From Phoronis australis (Eukaryota; Animalia; Phoronida), in NCBI GenBank assembly GCA_002633005.1, contig NMRA01000024.1, forward strand, positions 1,476,780 to 1,540,779: a stretch of DNA of 64,000 nucleotides, read 5' to 3'. Below the pieces are notes generated by a model. That model worked only from the letters and a program-made list of their open reading frames with translations, did no database searches and was not told the DNA's origin. A program made the translations under genes and the position numbers. Of this stretch, positions 37,427 to 49,700 are shown one piece after another. Position 1 is the stretch's first letter. Each line of letters opens with the position of its first letter.

Positions 37427-40400
37427 ATGTTGAAAACAGTGTCGTTTTACGCTGTCAGCATTGGTAAGATGTTTATTTGATATGCACATTATGTGTCGTT
37501 GATGTGCCCACTCCACTGAAGTCTCCAGTCCAAAACGCAAAAGCGAAGCTCATAACTGTTTTAAGGCTTAAGCGGCCGCGGGCAGTGTTCACCAGGACCA
37601 CTCAGTAATTAGTTGTACCTGGTTAGTTGGGTAGTCCCAAACAAACCCCGAGAACAATGAATTATCCAGTTAGCCATTCAACTAGGCGACATGTGATGGT
37701 ATACCCCATACCCCAATCCAGCTTGTAAATGTAAGCTGGGTGTAAATAATTGTGTGTGTTCTGAATTCTGGCTACTCTAAAGTCACGTTAGTCATTTCTG
37801 TAATGCTAGTATCACATGACTTCTGGACTCGCCAATTGCACCTTAGTCGAATGATTTGGACACTTGGCTATTGTTCGTTAACTCAGTTCAAGTCTCAGTG
37901 TAAATTGGCAAACTTGTGAATTTTTCAACAGTGTACTTTTCGAGTACTGGTGGACAAACACTCGTTCAATCAACATATTTTCTGAATAGCCATTGTTCTG
38001 TCAATGAAATTAGGAACTGATCATTTCTGTTTTGATTGCAATATCACCGTCCAATTGTCTATTCACGTAACTTTTTCCTTGATGATCGCAACTGCAATAT
38101 CATGGTTGTGCATTGTTGTTTGGGACACAATGGCTCGTTTTAGCATCAAAGTTTAATAACGCAAACATGAAAGCGCGTGTGTTCCAAAAATACAGGACCA
38201 CTGTACTTAGAATCGACACCTATTGGCAAATTCGTGCAAGTAGTGAATATAGCATGTAAAATGTTTAATCACAACTAGGTCGACCTCTGTGACCATTGGA
38301 AATGAGCCAAGCATTAGCAAACTACACTTTGTGATCTTCTAGAGTTCGCTACTTTGCCGTCAGGGTTGCACCCCTCATACCTGGACAAAATTACACCATT
38401 GCCAAATGAAGTCTCATGTGAAAGAATTCTTAAAAATTTTGATTTCTGTCAAAAATGAGTTTTGACTAAGACCATTAAATTTACAGTTATTAGACTCTGT
38501 GTTTTTTATCAAATGAGTCTGGAAAATACGCCTAACAGGTGATAAAATTGTTGAAATGTCGAGCGACATCATTATGGTACATGTCAGGAAGAGACATGCT
38601 ATATTTATTTTGGGCATGCTCATAAGCTACCAAGATAAATGTCTACGTTTGTTCCACTACTAAACCACCGAGCATTGTGTTGTCCATGCTACATAAAGAG
38701 AAGGTGCGAGATAAAGGCATAAAACCTATGCCCATCATTACCTATCTTGGTAACTGTATTGGGTATTCTGCCCATAATAAAGCTGGTTATATAATGTAGC
38801 TTTTTAACAGAAGGGGCAACATTTTATTCTGAAATTAGGGTTCATTTTTGACTAGTTTTTAATTCATAGAGACAAAATTAAGCAAAACCATGCATACAAG
38901 TTTTTAATTTCATTGTATTCCAAAGCCATTTGAAATTAAAATGCTGTACTAATTTCATGCAGGTGTCGTCATTCTGTTTGGGTTTGTCGAATGCTTCGCT
39001 GAAGAAGAGGAAAACTTTAAACCTGGTGACAAGTTTGGTAAGAATCCCTATTGGTAAAGGCTGACTGAGCCGAATTTTATCAATGCTGGATTTTATCAGT
39101 GATATGCACTGTTGAGATATCTTTCATGGGATACCTGTCATAATCACCATTGCTTGTGTGTGCCATTTTTTAGCTTTGGACAATCACTACTGAGTGATGG
39201 TCTAACTAGCTTAATAGTTCACTTTATTGTTAAGGGGTTTAAGTTCGAAGTGGATCAATTTTTTGTGTTTTAACGATCAGGCAAAAGGAATTGTCAAAAA
39301 TAAAAATATTCAAAAGCTGCAAACATTGTTGCGAATACTGACAATGTCGCAAAACATTAATTATTCCAGTCCTTCATTTATTAGTTGTTTAAGTGTTTCT
39401 GCATGGTTAAATTAAAATTTCCATTTCTTTATATGTTAATAATTTTCCGAATTTGGCCAATTTTGGGATTTCAAATTTCAGAAATGGCTGATCAAATTCA
39501 CAAGCAAAAAATACCTACTATGCTTTTTGCTTAGTTCTACAAAAATAAGTTTGATATTTGTTTTTAAAGTGTTCCACTTTTCAGAAAATAGATACATTTA
39601 CATTCTAGAGGTCTGTATAAATAGGTACAATAAAACAACAAGAATGGATCAACTGAAATTTTCGGACATAATAATGTCCTTCGTCAACAGAAACAGAAAT
39701 AAAGTAAAATCAAACACTATATGACATCTTAAATGTCATTTGTCATATAGTGTTTGATTTTACTTTATTTCTGTCTCTGTTGACGAAGGACGTTATTATA
39801 TCAAAAAATTTCAGTTGATCCATTCTTGTTGTTTTATTTACCTATTTATATTCTACATTTCGTTAAACAATAGTATCCTTGGGAGGATCTGGATCGCCTT
39901 ATTTAGTTTCAGATTTATTTTCTATGTTAGAGGTCTGTAGATAATGTAACTAAATGCAGAGGGTTGTCAGTAAGGTCCTGCAACCTCAAACCAGGAATTA
40001 GATCTCACACTCCACACAAATATTTTTGAAAAATAATTAATTAAAAAAATCTTACTTGAGTAAAAATTCAAAGTCTCTGAGAACTGATATACTTGATTGC
40101 CGGCTAGTTACCGAGATAAATTTCTTGGAATTGTTTTTAGGCTGTGATGCGTTCATAATTATTTGGCTGAATCTTTATTCCATAATTTTGGAGTAGGAAC
40201 ATAAGTAACTTTTCTTCACAGTAAAACTGCTGTCCGCGTGCTTATTCCTTGCACGGATGATAAGTGACTAAATAGGCTTCATTTCTGCTAGAGTCCATGC
40301 ATTGACTCATAAAGTGACGTTTCATTACTAGTCTCTAGAACAAACTAAACCTTGTCTCAAGCAATATCAAATTGTTGTCAGATTTCCAAGCACAGAAATC

Positions 40401-40751
40401 ATGTCCTATAATGTAACTGAGGGACAAGCAGAGACTAGCTTCTGGCGTAATGATAAGTGGTCTCAAAAGTGATCGGAATTTGTGTTTCATGAATTTTTGA
40501 AATTAAACAAAAAATGGTAGTAGATAATGGTGCACTAAGTAAATGTTTATTTTCTCTCATTTTCAGATTTCCATGGTGACCCGCACTACATGACCTCTGG
40601 AGGCAAGGGCATGTTCCACACCTTTTACACGTGGCTCTTGGCTATTATGTGTAGTGTGCTCATGAGTGCCGTGCTACAGGCCATAGTGTATGTGCCGCAG
40701 TGGGTGATGGCTGGAATTGAAGTGGTGAATCATGGGAACGTGGAGTTGTAA
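37427..40751 (+). CDS. 98-aa small secreted/membrane protein (signal peptide + short acidic ectodomain + hydrophobic TM/GPI segment), 3 coding exons
   Basis: Exons 37427-37463, 38963-39037, 40567-40751; both introns phase 1 with G|gtaaga donors and tactaatttcatgcag / ttttcag acceptors; AAGATG start. Protein: MLKTVSFYAVSIGVVILFGFVECFAEEEENFKPGDKFDFHGDPHYMTSGGKGMFHTFYTWLLAIMCSVLMSAVLQAIVYVPQWVMAGIEVVNHGNVEL*. Confidence 0.8.
39616..39850. repeat. Long near-perfect palindrome (~110-bp arms, 14-nt spacer), foldback/MITE-like
   Basis: TATAAATAGGTA...AAACACTATATGACA (39616-39726) is the reverse complement of TGTCATATAGTGTTT...TACCTATTTATA (39741-39850) with a few mismatches. Confidence 0.95.
40000..40325. 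mobile_element. Dispersed repeat related to the element at 59117-59387
   Basis: Shared blocks gatct(c/t)acactcca, agtctctgagaa, gatgcgttcataatta, aagtgac..ttcat. Confidence 0.55.
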
Positions 40752-42211
40752 ACCGCACCAAAACTTTTTACCTAGTATGATAAAATCTCACCAATTTCAG
40801 AAAGATTTTTTTTCCCAAAATTGACCCCTTTTCACTTTTCAAGTACTTCTAAGATTGTTGTAAAAAACCCCTCGTTCTGGTCAATTTCTCTTTTTCCTTA
40901 TATAGTAAATACACCTCAGTTGAACAGTGACTTTTAAATCAAACATTCAAAAAGATTTATCCTGTGTCTTCAAGGTAATCAGGTATTTACATTTTGCTAA
41001 ATGCAACATTAAAAAATGGTTTGTGCGTTTCTCCTTTGGCTTAGGATTTCCCCCAAGCATCGTTCATGAAGTTATCTATAGTAATTCCTCACTTATTTTC
41101 TCTAAAATATCCAAAATGGTCATTTTTCTAGTTTTCATGAGCTGATTACATTTTTGGAAATAATGGTATTTTCAACAAATGTTATTTTGTGACATCTACG
41201 CACCGCAATCCATGGTCGTAGTAGACTAATTTAACAAAATAGAATTTCACTCGTCCATGTTTGTGTGCTTTATATGTGAGGAATTACGAGACAAACTTCG
41301 AAATTTGATCAGGAACTTGAAAAACTGAAATACGATGAGTAGCTTATGTTGGGGCAATGCGGTTTTAATAATTTATTAAAATTGAAAAACAATGCTATTT
41401 GTTGAAATTATATTAACGTATATATAATTGTTATATTTTTTAAGTCTTAGTGGGTAACTCAGTGAAACTATATGACGTGTTTTGGTCATTTAGCCAACAA
41501 CTGCATAATTATGTTGTCCATGGTCTTTTGCAAGCCTGTGAACAATAACTCTTAACACTGATGGCTTCATTTGAGATTCACTCACCTAATGCTGCAGTTT
41601 TAGCTTCAAATGTGTTAATAATTTCTTGATATTAATATTCATTACATTCACAAATATTTTGCTGTTTTGTTAGTTTTGTAATTTGGGTTGAAATTCATTC
41701 ATTAACTCAATATTCTTTCAGCTAGCCAATTGTGGTTTGTGCTGAAACTTAATGTATAGCTTGTGTATTATGCATAGTTTTTTTTCTTAGCATACACTGG
41801 CTAGACCAAAGTCACATCTGTTGATCATAATTGCCTTGCACTGTCGAAAAAGAAAGTAAAAACAAGAATACATACAAGGCTGTAAATTACCTTTGCTAAT
41901 TTGATTCCTAGAATTTAGAAATGCATATCTTTCAATAGACAAGATTCATTCCATGTTCTAAACTGGAACCCAGCATAAAGCAAAATTGGGATGAACAAAC
42001 TTTAAGTGTACTTTTAGCTTATTAGCTGTATGTCTGGCCAATGTAGTTGTTACGCTACTTCAGATGTGGTTTTGTGTGGTGACAGATTTCTACATATTTT
42101 GTGCACTTAGTGATAACATTTCTCGGAGTTATTTGTTGTAATCTCCATGTTGTTGCTGTTGTGCTGGTCAATGCAATCAATGCAAGTCTTGTACAAATTG
42201 TGGTTTAAGCT

Positions 42212-42217
42212 AATAAA
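42212..42217 (+). terminator. Candidate polyadenylation signal of the microprotein gene
   Basis: AATAAA closing a TG-rich tract ~1.46 kb after the stop. Confidence 0.5.
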
Positions 42218-42876
42218 AACGATTGTTGCTTTCCTTATTAAATGTTTTAATTAAAACTCATGACATTTGATTTGAACAGGGGTCCATTTTGATTGACAAA
42301 ATCACGCGCCCAGTTATAACAAATTGAACGATAAGATTTTATAATTGTATAGCTGTTAGTGTTTCCTAATACTATACAGTGAACATCTCACCAATTTAGG
42401 ACACAATATGGCGGACAAATACAATTAATATTTTTTCATTCATAAGTTCTGTAAAATAGCCAAGATGTGGCACTGTATGAGAAATTCTGAACATTCAAAA
42501 CATTAGAAGCCCGCAGCAAGTTGCTGCAATTTCAATAGAATAGGAAAGGGATAATTGTGGTTTTGTGCGTTAAACTTGATGAATTTTGACATCCAGATTA
42601 TTTAGAAAACTACTCGAGTTCGAAATCTTGCATTTAATATACTGTATTCGCCCTAATAAGCGCCCATGCCCCTATAAGCACCCCACGCATTTTCAGACTT
42701 AGATAAAATAAGCACCCAGCCCATGAACGTGTACATGCGGAAAATACCTTGCCTACAGTGTTCTAAAATTCCGAGTAATCCTTTTCAAAATGAACCAAGC
42801 ATCGCAATGTTTCCAAAACGACGAAACACGACGATGATCAAAAGCACAAGAGACCAATTCCTTTAAATCAGTAGCA

Positions 42877-42882
42877 TTTATT
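42877..42882 (-). terminator. Candidate polyadenylation signal of the myosin gene
   Basis: AATAAA on - at the end of an A/C-rich (+ strand) tract. Confidence 0.45.
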
Positions 42883-45632
42883 AATTTCTGGAATGTTGTG
42901 ATAACAGATCTCATTTCGTTACAAGATATGCATACCTAGCAGAGCGAGGTATCACTTCTACCATAGACTTCAAAATTACATGAACATAAATGGTAAAAAT
43001 ATTTATACCGATTATTCAGTTAAGCTAACATTTTCAACATTAGTTAATCATACAAAAGCAAAGTGGGGGTGTTACACAAATTTTCAATTTTTGATTACCC
43101 AACCTTATGCATAGATAACAAGTTTTCACAAATTTACCCTTATTTATATAGCTACATTAAGAATATAAGAAAGCTATAAAGCAAATCCTTAAAAATATCC
43201 ACTCCTCCGAATTAATTGTCAAGTTAGGGTTAAATAAATTGGTAACTACAATCCACTCCTAAAAAGATCTTGGTGCAGCTCTATCACAGCGTTTGTCAAA
43301 ATGCAATTTCTGTTAAGTGCACGTTACGCAGAGGTTAAGAACTCAACAGTTCGGTTAACAAACTAAACAACTTGTACCCTGTCTTACGAATTCAGTGACT
43401 ATTCATAACCCTTAGCAGGAGCAATTTTTTTTCGCAAGTGAAAGTCCCTTTACAGCCAATGTTATAAAATAATTTTATCCCATACTGTCGTTTGTTTCTG
43501 CACATAGAGTGGAGAAAACCACCTGTTCATAATTTGTGTTTGGGTCCAATGTGGCCACGTCCATATGAATACTCACTGAATTTAGCTGACACATTACATA
43601 GATCCATTTTCAGAACATTGTCAGAAAGTATTCTCAGACTTCAAACAAGCCAGGACAAAAATAATTATGGCATACAAAAAATATATTGATTGTAAACAAA
43701 AATAACCACTCATTGTGGCTCAGAAATAATGACAAACACAAAATAATACAATAGAGAAACGACCCAAACCCTGATGTGACGTGCTGATCAAAGGTCATAG
43801 GTCAGAATTCAATTTAGAACTGTTCGAAACCCATCTGAATACAATAACGACTACAGCTGAACCAGCGATTGATAATTCACAATTTGCTTATTATTATGAT
43901 ATACATATACATATAGGAACTTTTCATGAAAATGTAGTACGTTGGTGAAGATAAAAGTTAACTTCTAGAAGGCTAGATTGTATCTCCAAAATCAAAGATA
44001 CAAAGAAAATAACAGTCAACTTCAGAAGGCAGGAATGTGTTGATTCTAAATACTTAAAGTAAAAATATAATTTTAAAAATACCGAGGAATGTTTCAACTA
44101 CATGTTGTTAAGTCATAAAATGCAAATCTATTCACCTTCACACATAAATATTTCCCAAATACATAACAAAGTCAATAATAAATTTATCCATTAGACCACG
44201 ACAAGGGGCTAACAAGAAATCAACAACAACTGAAAACCATAATAACACTTCAAGCGTTTAGAAATTTAGCAGCTTTGACCTTAATAGCCGATACAGAAAA
44301 CTCATTGTTAATCTGCCACAGTGTTTGACTTGATACTCTCAAGGTGGCGTTAATGAACAAAGAGCAGAAAGGGACCTGTATGAACTGCCTGAATTTCTAT
44401 GCAAGGACTCTTACCTTACTAGCGACACCTAGTGGATTTTGAGTTTCCCATCATGCTACTAAATAAAGGGCAACAAAATATAGGCCTACCTTTCGTTCAA
44501 TTCACAGCCTAGTTGATGAGGAAGATATCTAAACAAATCAGCACATCTGCTAAAAAGCAAGCATAAAATCTGCGAGGCAAGCAAAAACACTAATCTCAAC
44601 CATATCCTAATCTCTCATTCATCAGCAAACAATTACAAAACATTGATTAGTTAGTAACGAGAAAATAATAATTCTGTTATACACTGGTGATGTAATGACA
44701 ATACCACAACAGTAACAATAATCCCTGTATATACATATAGTGTTCCTTACACTTAGAATTATGAAAGCAGTATTGTAATACATCACACACGTTTTAAGAC
44801 TGGTAGCTTGTTAAGCATCTTTTTTCCTCAATGACAATCCCACATACAAAGGTGTCCGAAGACCATGAACTCAACAGATACAAGAGGTCGACATATAATT
44901 ATCCATACTCATCACTGGCAGTGTCCCATGGAGTTGAAGACCCGAAATTAACTCCTGATTTTTGTGCTGATGTGGGCAGAATCTCACTCTTCATTTCCAA
45001 GGGCAATCGTTCCGGAAAAAGGAACATTAAAGCTCAATGTTTTGCCTGTAGAATTTTCCGCATACTGCAGGCTTGTACAAGCTACACATAAAACAAAATG
45101 ACACATTCTCAACTATGAGACATTTCAATATTTGATATATGATGTAAATACATCTGCTCCACATGATTAGGAAACAGGTTCGATAAATCTCTCTAATTTA
45201 GGACACTTTTGCCAAGCAGCATATGCAGCACGAAATGTAAAAATTTTCCACGTTTTTTGCCATAAGACAAGGCTGAAAATTGTGAGCAATCACAACAACA
45301 TTAGAAGCTTCTGAAAAGGAAGAGAAGGTAATTTCCAATAGGCAATTATTTTTGTCTGAAAGTCGCGAGATTTTACCGTAATCATGCACAGCGCATTACC
45401 ATACTGTGAAGAAGATATTGCCCTGTATTCACTGGCAGTGTCTGCCCAGTCACTACTGAAGCCTGATGGGTAAAATATCCATGATCCATCAAGCAATAGA
45501 GTCAATGAAGACCCAGACACTATTGCACCCTGGTGGGTATTACTTTTAAATTAATGCACATGACCCATTAAATCAGGGTGTCGGTACAGTCCTGAACACT
45601 GCTACGCCCTGATGGGTATTTAATACACGTGA

Positions 45633-46737
45633 TCCATCCAGCCACTATGTCAGCACACTTCCAGACACTACTGCGTCCTGTTGGGTATTGCTTTAATACT
45701 GCTGAGCACCTGAATATATTTTCCAATCAATGGAGAGATGACACCAGTCTACAAAATAAGTGAAAAAAGAAACCTATACTGAGTAGAAGTAATCACGATA
45801 TACAAGCAAGTATTCAACAAAGTTGTACGTAGAAATTAAATAATCAATGAAAGTGTTTTCTGCAGAAGCTGATGTGCAAACAATGAATTTCATAAATCGT
45901 AAAACTGACCACTACACAGTACGTCTTAGTACAAATTAAGAATTTTATTGAAAAACAGCCTCCATTCAGTTCAACTAAATCACAAGAGCAACTTTTAAAA
46001 ACAGGTCTAGCTTGCATTTTAATTTTAAGAGACGCTCTTTAGGTTTGAAATGAGGTGAATTCAGTACCTGATCAGTTTCTATACGGACAACCTTCTGGTT
46101 CATCAAGTCGCCAATCTTAATGTCCAAGTAATTTGTGGCACCTAGTTGTGCCTTACGCGACGATACAACATCACGGAAGTGGAANTCCATCCAGCCACTA
46201 TGTCAGCACACTTCCAGACACTACTGCGTCCTGTTGGGTATTGCTTTAATACTGCTGAGCACCTGAATATATTTTCCAATCAATGGAGAGATGACACCAG
46301 TCTACAAAATAAGTGAAAAAAGAAACCTATACTGAGTAGAAGTAATCACGATATACAAGCAAGTATTCAACAAAGTTGTACGTAGAAATTAAATAATCAA
46401 TGAAAGTGTTTTCTGCAGAAGCTGATGTGCAAACAATGAATTTCATAAATCGTAAAACTCACCACTACAAAGTACGTCTTAGTACAAATTAAGAATTTTA
46501 TTGAAAAACAGCCTCCATTCAGTTCAACTAAATCACAAGAGCAACTTTTAAAAACAGGTCTAGATTGCATTTTAATTTTAAGAGACGCTCTTTAGGTTTG
46601 AAACGGGGTGGATTCAGTACCTGATCAGTTTCTATACGGACAACCTTCTGGTTCATCAAGTCGCCAATCTTAATGTCCAAGTAATTTGTGGCACCTAGTT
46701 GTGCCTTACGCGACGATACAACATCACGGAAGTGGAA
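45633..46737. repeat. 553-bp tandem duplication of the last two myosin exons, probably an assembly (haplotype overlap) artefact
   Basis: 45633-46184 and 46186-46737 are near-identical, differ by a few intronic substitutions and are joined by a single N at 46185. Confidence 0.85.
46221..46301 (-). CDS. MYO15A: Myosin XV-like terminal exon (second copy at 45668-45748)
   Basis: ttttgtag acceptor; TGVISPLIGKYIQVLSSIKAIPNRTQ*. Confidence 0.85.
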   Translation of the reverse strand, partial: TGVISPLIGKYIQVLSSIKAIPNRTQ

Positions 46738-49700
46738 TGACACAAAACTCTCCTGAAATTATTAAGAAACTTATAAATTCATGAGCTTTCATAACACTAA
46801 GGTTAGCTAATTGATTTCCAAACAAAAACTGTGTAGTTCACCTTTTCCAGCTCTGCAAAAACGACACAGAAACATCCACATGCAGCCCCCAACACAATTT
46901 CTGAAATGCTAAATCTGAAGGTATAAGACAGCAGTTAATGTATTGCCAAGGTTTTACAATGTTTGAATTTCAGTGGATAGATTTATGAACAACGCACTCT
47001 TCATCTACTGAGTACGTTTATAAGTAAATAGTTTCTTACAAGGTATTTTTGGAATTCATGCAAGATTTTTTGTCGTACGTTGGTATTTGGATAGCAAGAT
47101 ACCATGAAACCATAGCTTACGTGTGTGACAGCATGCAGGAAATGGACACCGTCCTTGTTGATGGCAAGTAGACACCTGCCAGTCACGCGGGGATCAGAGA
47201 CACTCTGAAACAAACGCATGACATTGAATCGGCAATGAGAGATAGGCAGAATCCTGCACTGCTTACAATGCATGGCGTAAGTGTTGTGGGCGGTAATCAC
47301 TTTAAATTTCTTGGACATTTTTTTTGCACAAATCACATCATTCACAAGGTAAAAATCGGATAAATCCTCTATTGACGGCCAATGTAAACACATGAGGGTT
47401 AGATATCTGCGTCCTGCTCACAGGGTCGTAGTTTCAAATTTCATTGGACCCCACTGCTAGACCCTCGAACGAAAATAAAAGTTTTATACTCGGGTCAATT
47501 AAACAATAAAATGAGAGCAGGCTGTCACATACCTGGCCAATTCAGGGAAACGGAAGTTAAAATTGTAACACCAATGCTATATGGAGACATTGGTATGACA
47601 AGTCAACATCCACCAACCGAAAAAAAAAACGTTATGACTAATTTAGTACCCATAAAATTTTCTAAACTTTAAATACCTTGATAACGAAGAAAGTGGACCC
47701 AAACAACAACCATTTGCCCATGTCATCCAGGAAGGCCACCTTGCAAGCGCCGGGCGCCATGTGCCTTACTTGGAACAGACTCTCGTGAACCATGTTGACC
47801 CAATGCTGCAGCGGGATGTCGTTGAGGCTTAGCACAGTTTCTGGCAACAGACTCTCCATGTCTTTCCTGTTGACATAGAACCACTTCACAGTTGGGAAAT
47901 ACTAGAATTTGTCGACTGCATTTCGGAAAGCACCACATTCTAGTAATTGTCCATAATCCAAACTTAGAAGAAAAGGGGACAAAATAGCTATAATAATCCC
48001 ACATAAGGTCTATAGCCATGTACATGGAAACTTAGCACGAGGTCTTATGAACCTCAGGAGAACTCCGTTGTGTAGGAACAGGTGATCACCATGATGGCCA
48101 TATAGGTCGAACAAGAATTACCATGCCTCTAGTCTCGCAAAAGGTCTATTGCAACCCTCAATGTTTTAATTTCTGAGAAACTTAAAAAATAAATAGTTCT
48201 TCAAAGCATTTATGGCAATTCTTCACTTATGCTGCACACAACATGGCCGACAAGTTAAATTATATTTTGTCAAATTTCTCCACAAAAATGAAGATTACGA
48301 GATTTTAGTCTGTTACTAGCATGGTTAATGTACTGAGCAGCCGTGCATAAAACAAACTGTAGGTACTTTCAATTTTCATTATTTGCAGCAGTAGTAAAGT
48401 ATTTGGCTTTGGATAAATGGAAAAATGTCACCTTTAGTAAATATTTTTGTATGAATTACGCAGCACAAACTTTGACGAAAATGAGGAGTGAGCCAATCAG
48501 GTATCAATGTGTTGTGAGACTCATGCAGCTGGTCTTCTGCCATGATCAATGGGGAAACGTGAGATTCCATTGACTGGGAATTCCAGATTAACACCCCCAT
48601 TCAAAATTAGCAACTCCTAACTTCCATCAGAGGCTACTCCAGTGTCACGTCACCACCGTTCAGCCAATCACCCTAAGTAACCCAACAACGACGCGTAACT
48701 GCTAGGGGAGGAAGATCACGAGGGAAACAAAACGTTGAAATTAATTGATAAATAATGAATCACTTTTAGACAGATAATATCTCCAAGGAAGATTTAATCG
48801 ACATAACTGGAACATCGCCAATGAGTTCAACAATAAAGTAAGGCAGTTGGGGTAGGCAGGCCATGTAAACAGGTGGCATGCTGTCGGTCACATCATGAGA
48901 CGCGATAAACTGAACAGCAGATTGGTGTAAAAGCAGAGGAAGGCCAAGAGAAACATAGAGAATATGAGTTGAGCGTGAAATGCATCATAACAGCTTCACC
49001 TGAAATTCTGCATACCATCAAGCACAGATGACAGACAGCAGTGGCGCTCTCTAGTGGAGGCCTTATGAACCACATAGGCACCACAAGAGGACTAAGTAAG
49101 TAATGAATTAGTTGATGATGAAACTCAAAAAGCGATGTTGCTGAGATTCCATACTCACATTGTGGGAAGATTAACGTTATCCGCAGCCCTGTGCATCAGG
49201 GCGGCTAGTCGTGCCACCTCTCGCCTCTGGATGTCATGCATGCGACCTCCCTCCAACACCATCATTAAGCCATCCAGATAGTCAGGCTTCACCTGTGGAT
49301 GTGATGTGACAAATTTGAAGATATATCACTTAATTAAAAACAAATCAGTCTCACGGGCATTTTGACTGTGGCCCTGAGATTCACATCATTAAAAGGGACA
49401 TTAAAGGTTTTATGGCCAAAAACACATGTTCAGCATGGATGGGATACTAGGGTCATTGAAGTTGTCAGCTTTGAAAGAGCAATAAAACAATAAAATCTGT
49501 TAGGGCTGTTCCAGTAAAATCTGTATGGGAGGGGGAGAAGGCACCTTTTTTTCGCACCCACCACCCATATTTTTCATTTATTTCTTCAGCCTACCACCCA
49601 TACTTTTTTATAAGTTTGAAATGCAACCACCCGTAATTTTTTTTGTTCTTGTGGTTGACTGCACAGGCCCTTGAGTTTATCTGTTCCTCCATCACCACTA

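Noticed and set aside
46190-46223. Readthrough of the myosin stop
   Set aside because: TAG-T context is not leaky and a TGA follows after five codons
45633-46737. Apparent duplication of the last two myosin exons as a real alternative C-terminus
   Set aside because: The copies are joined by a single N, the second copy of the penultimate exon lacks its acceptor, and differences are a few intronic SNPs: typical of an unmerged haplotype overlap
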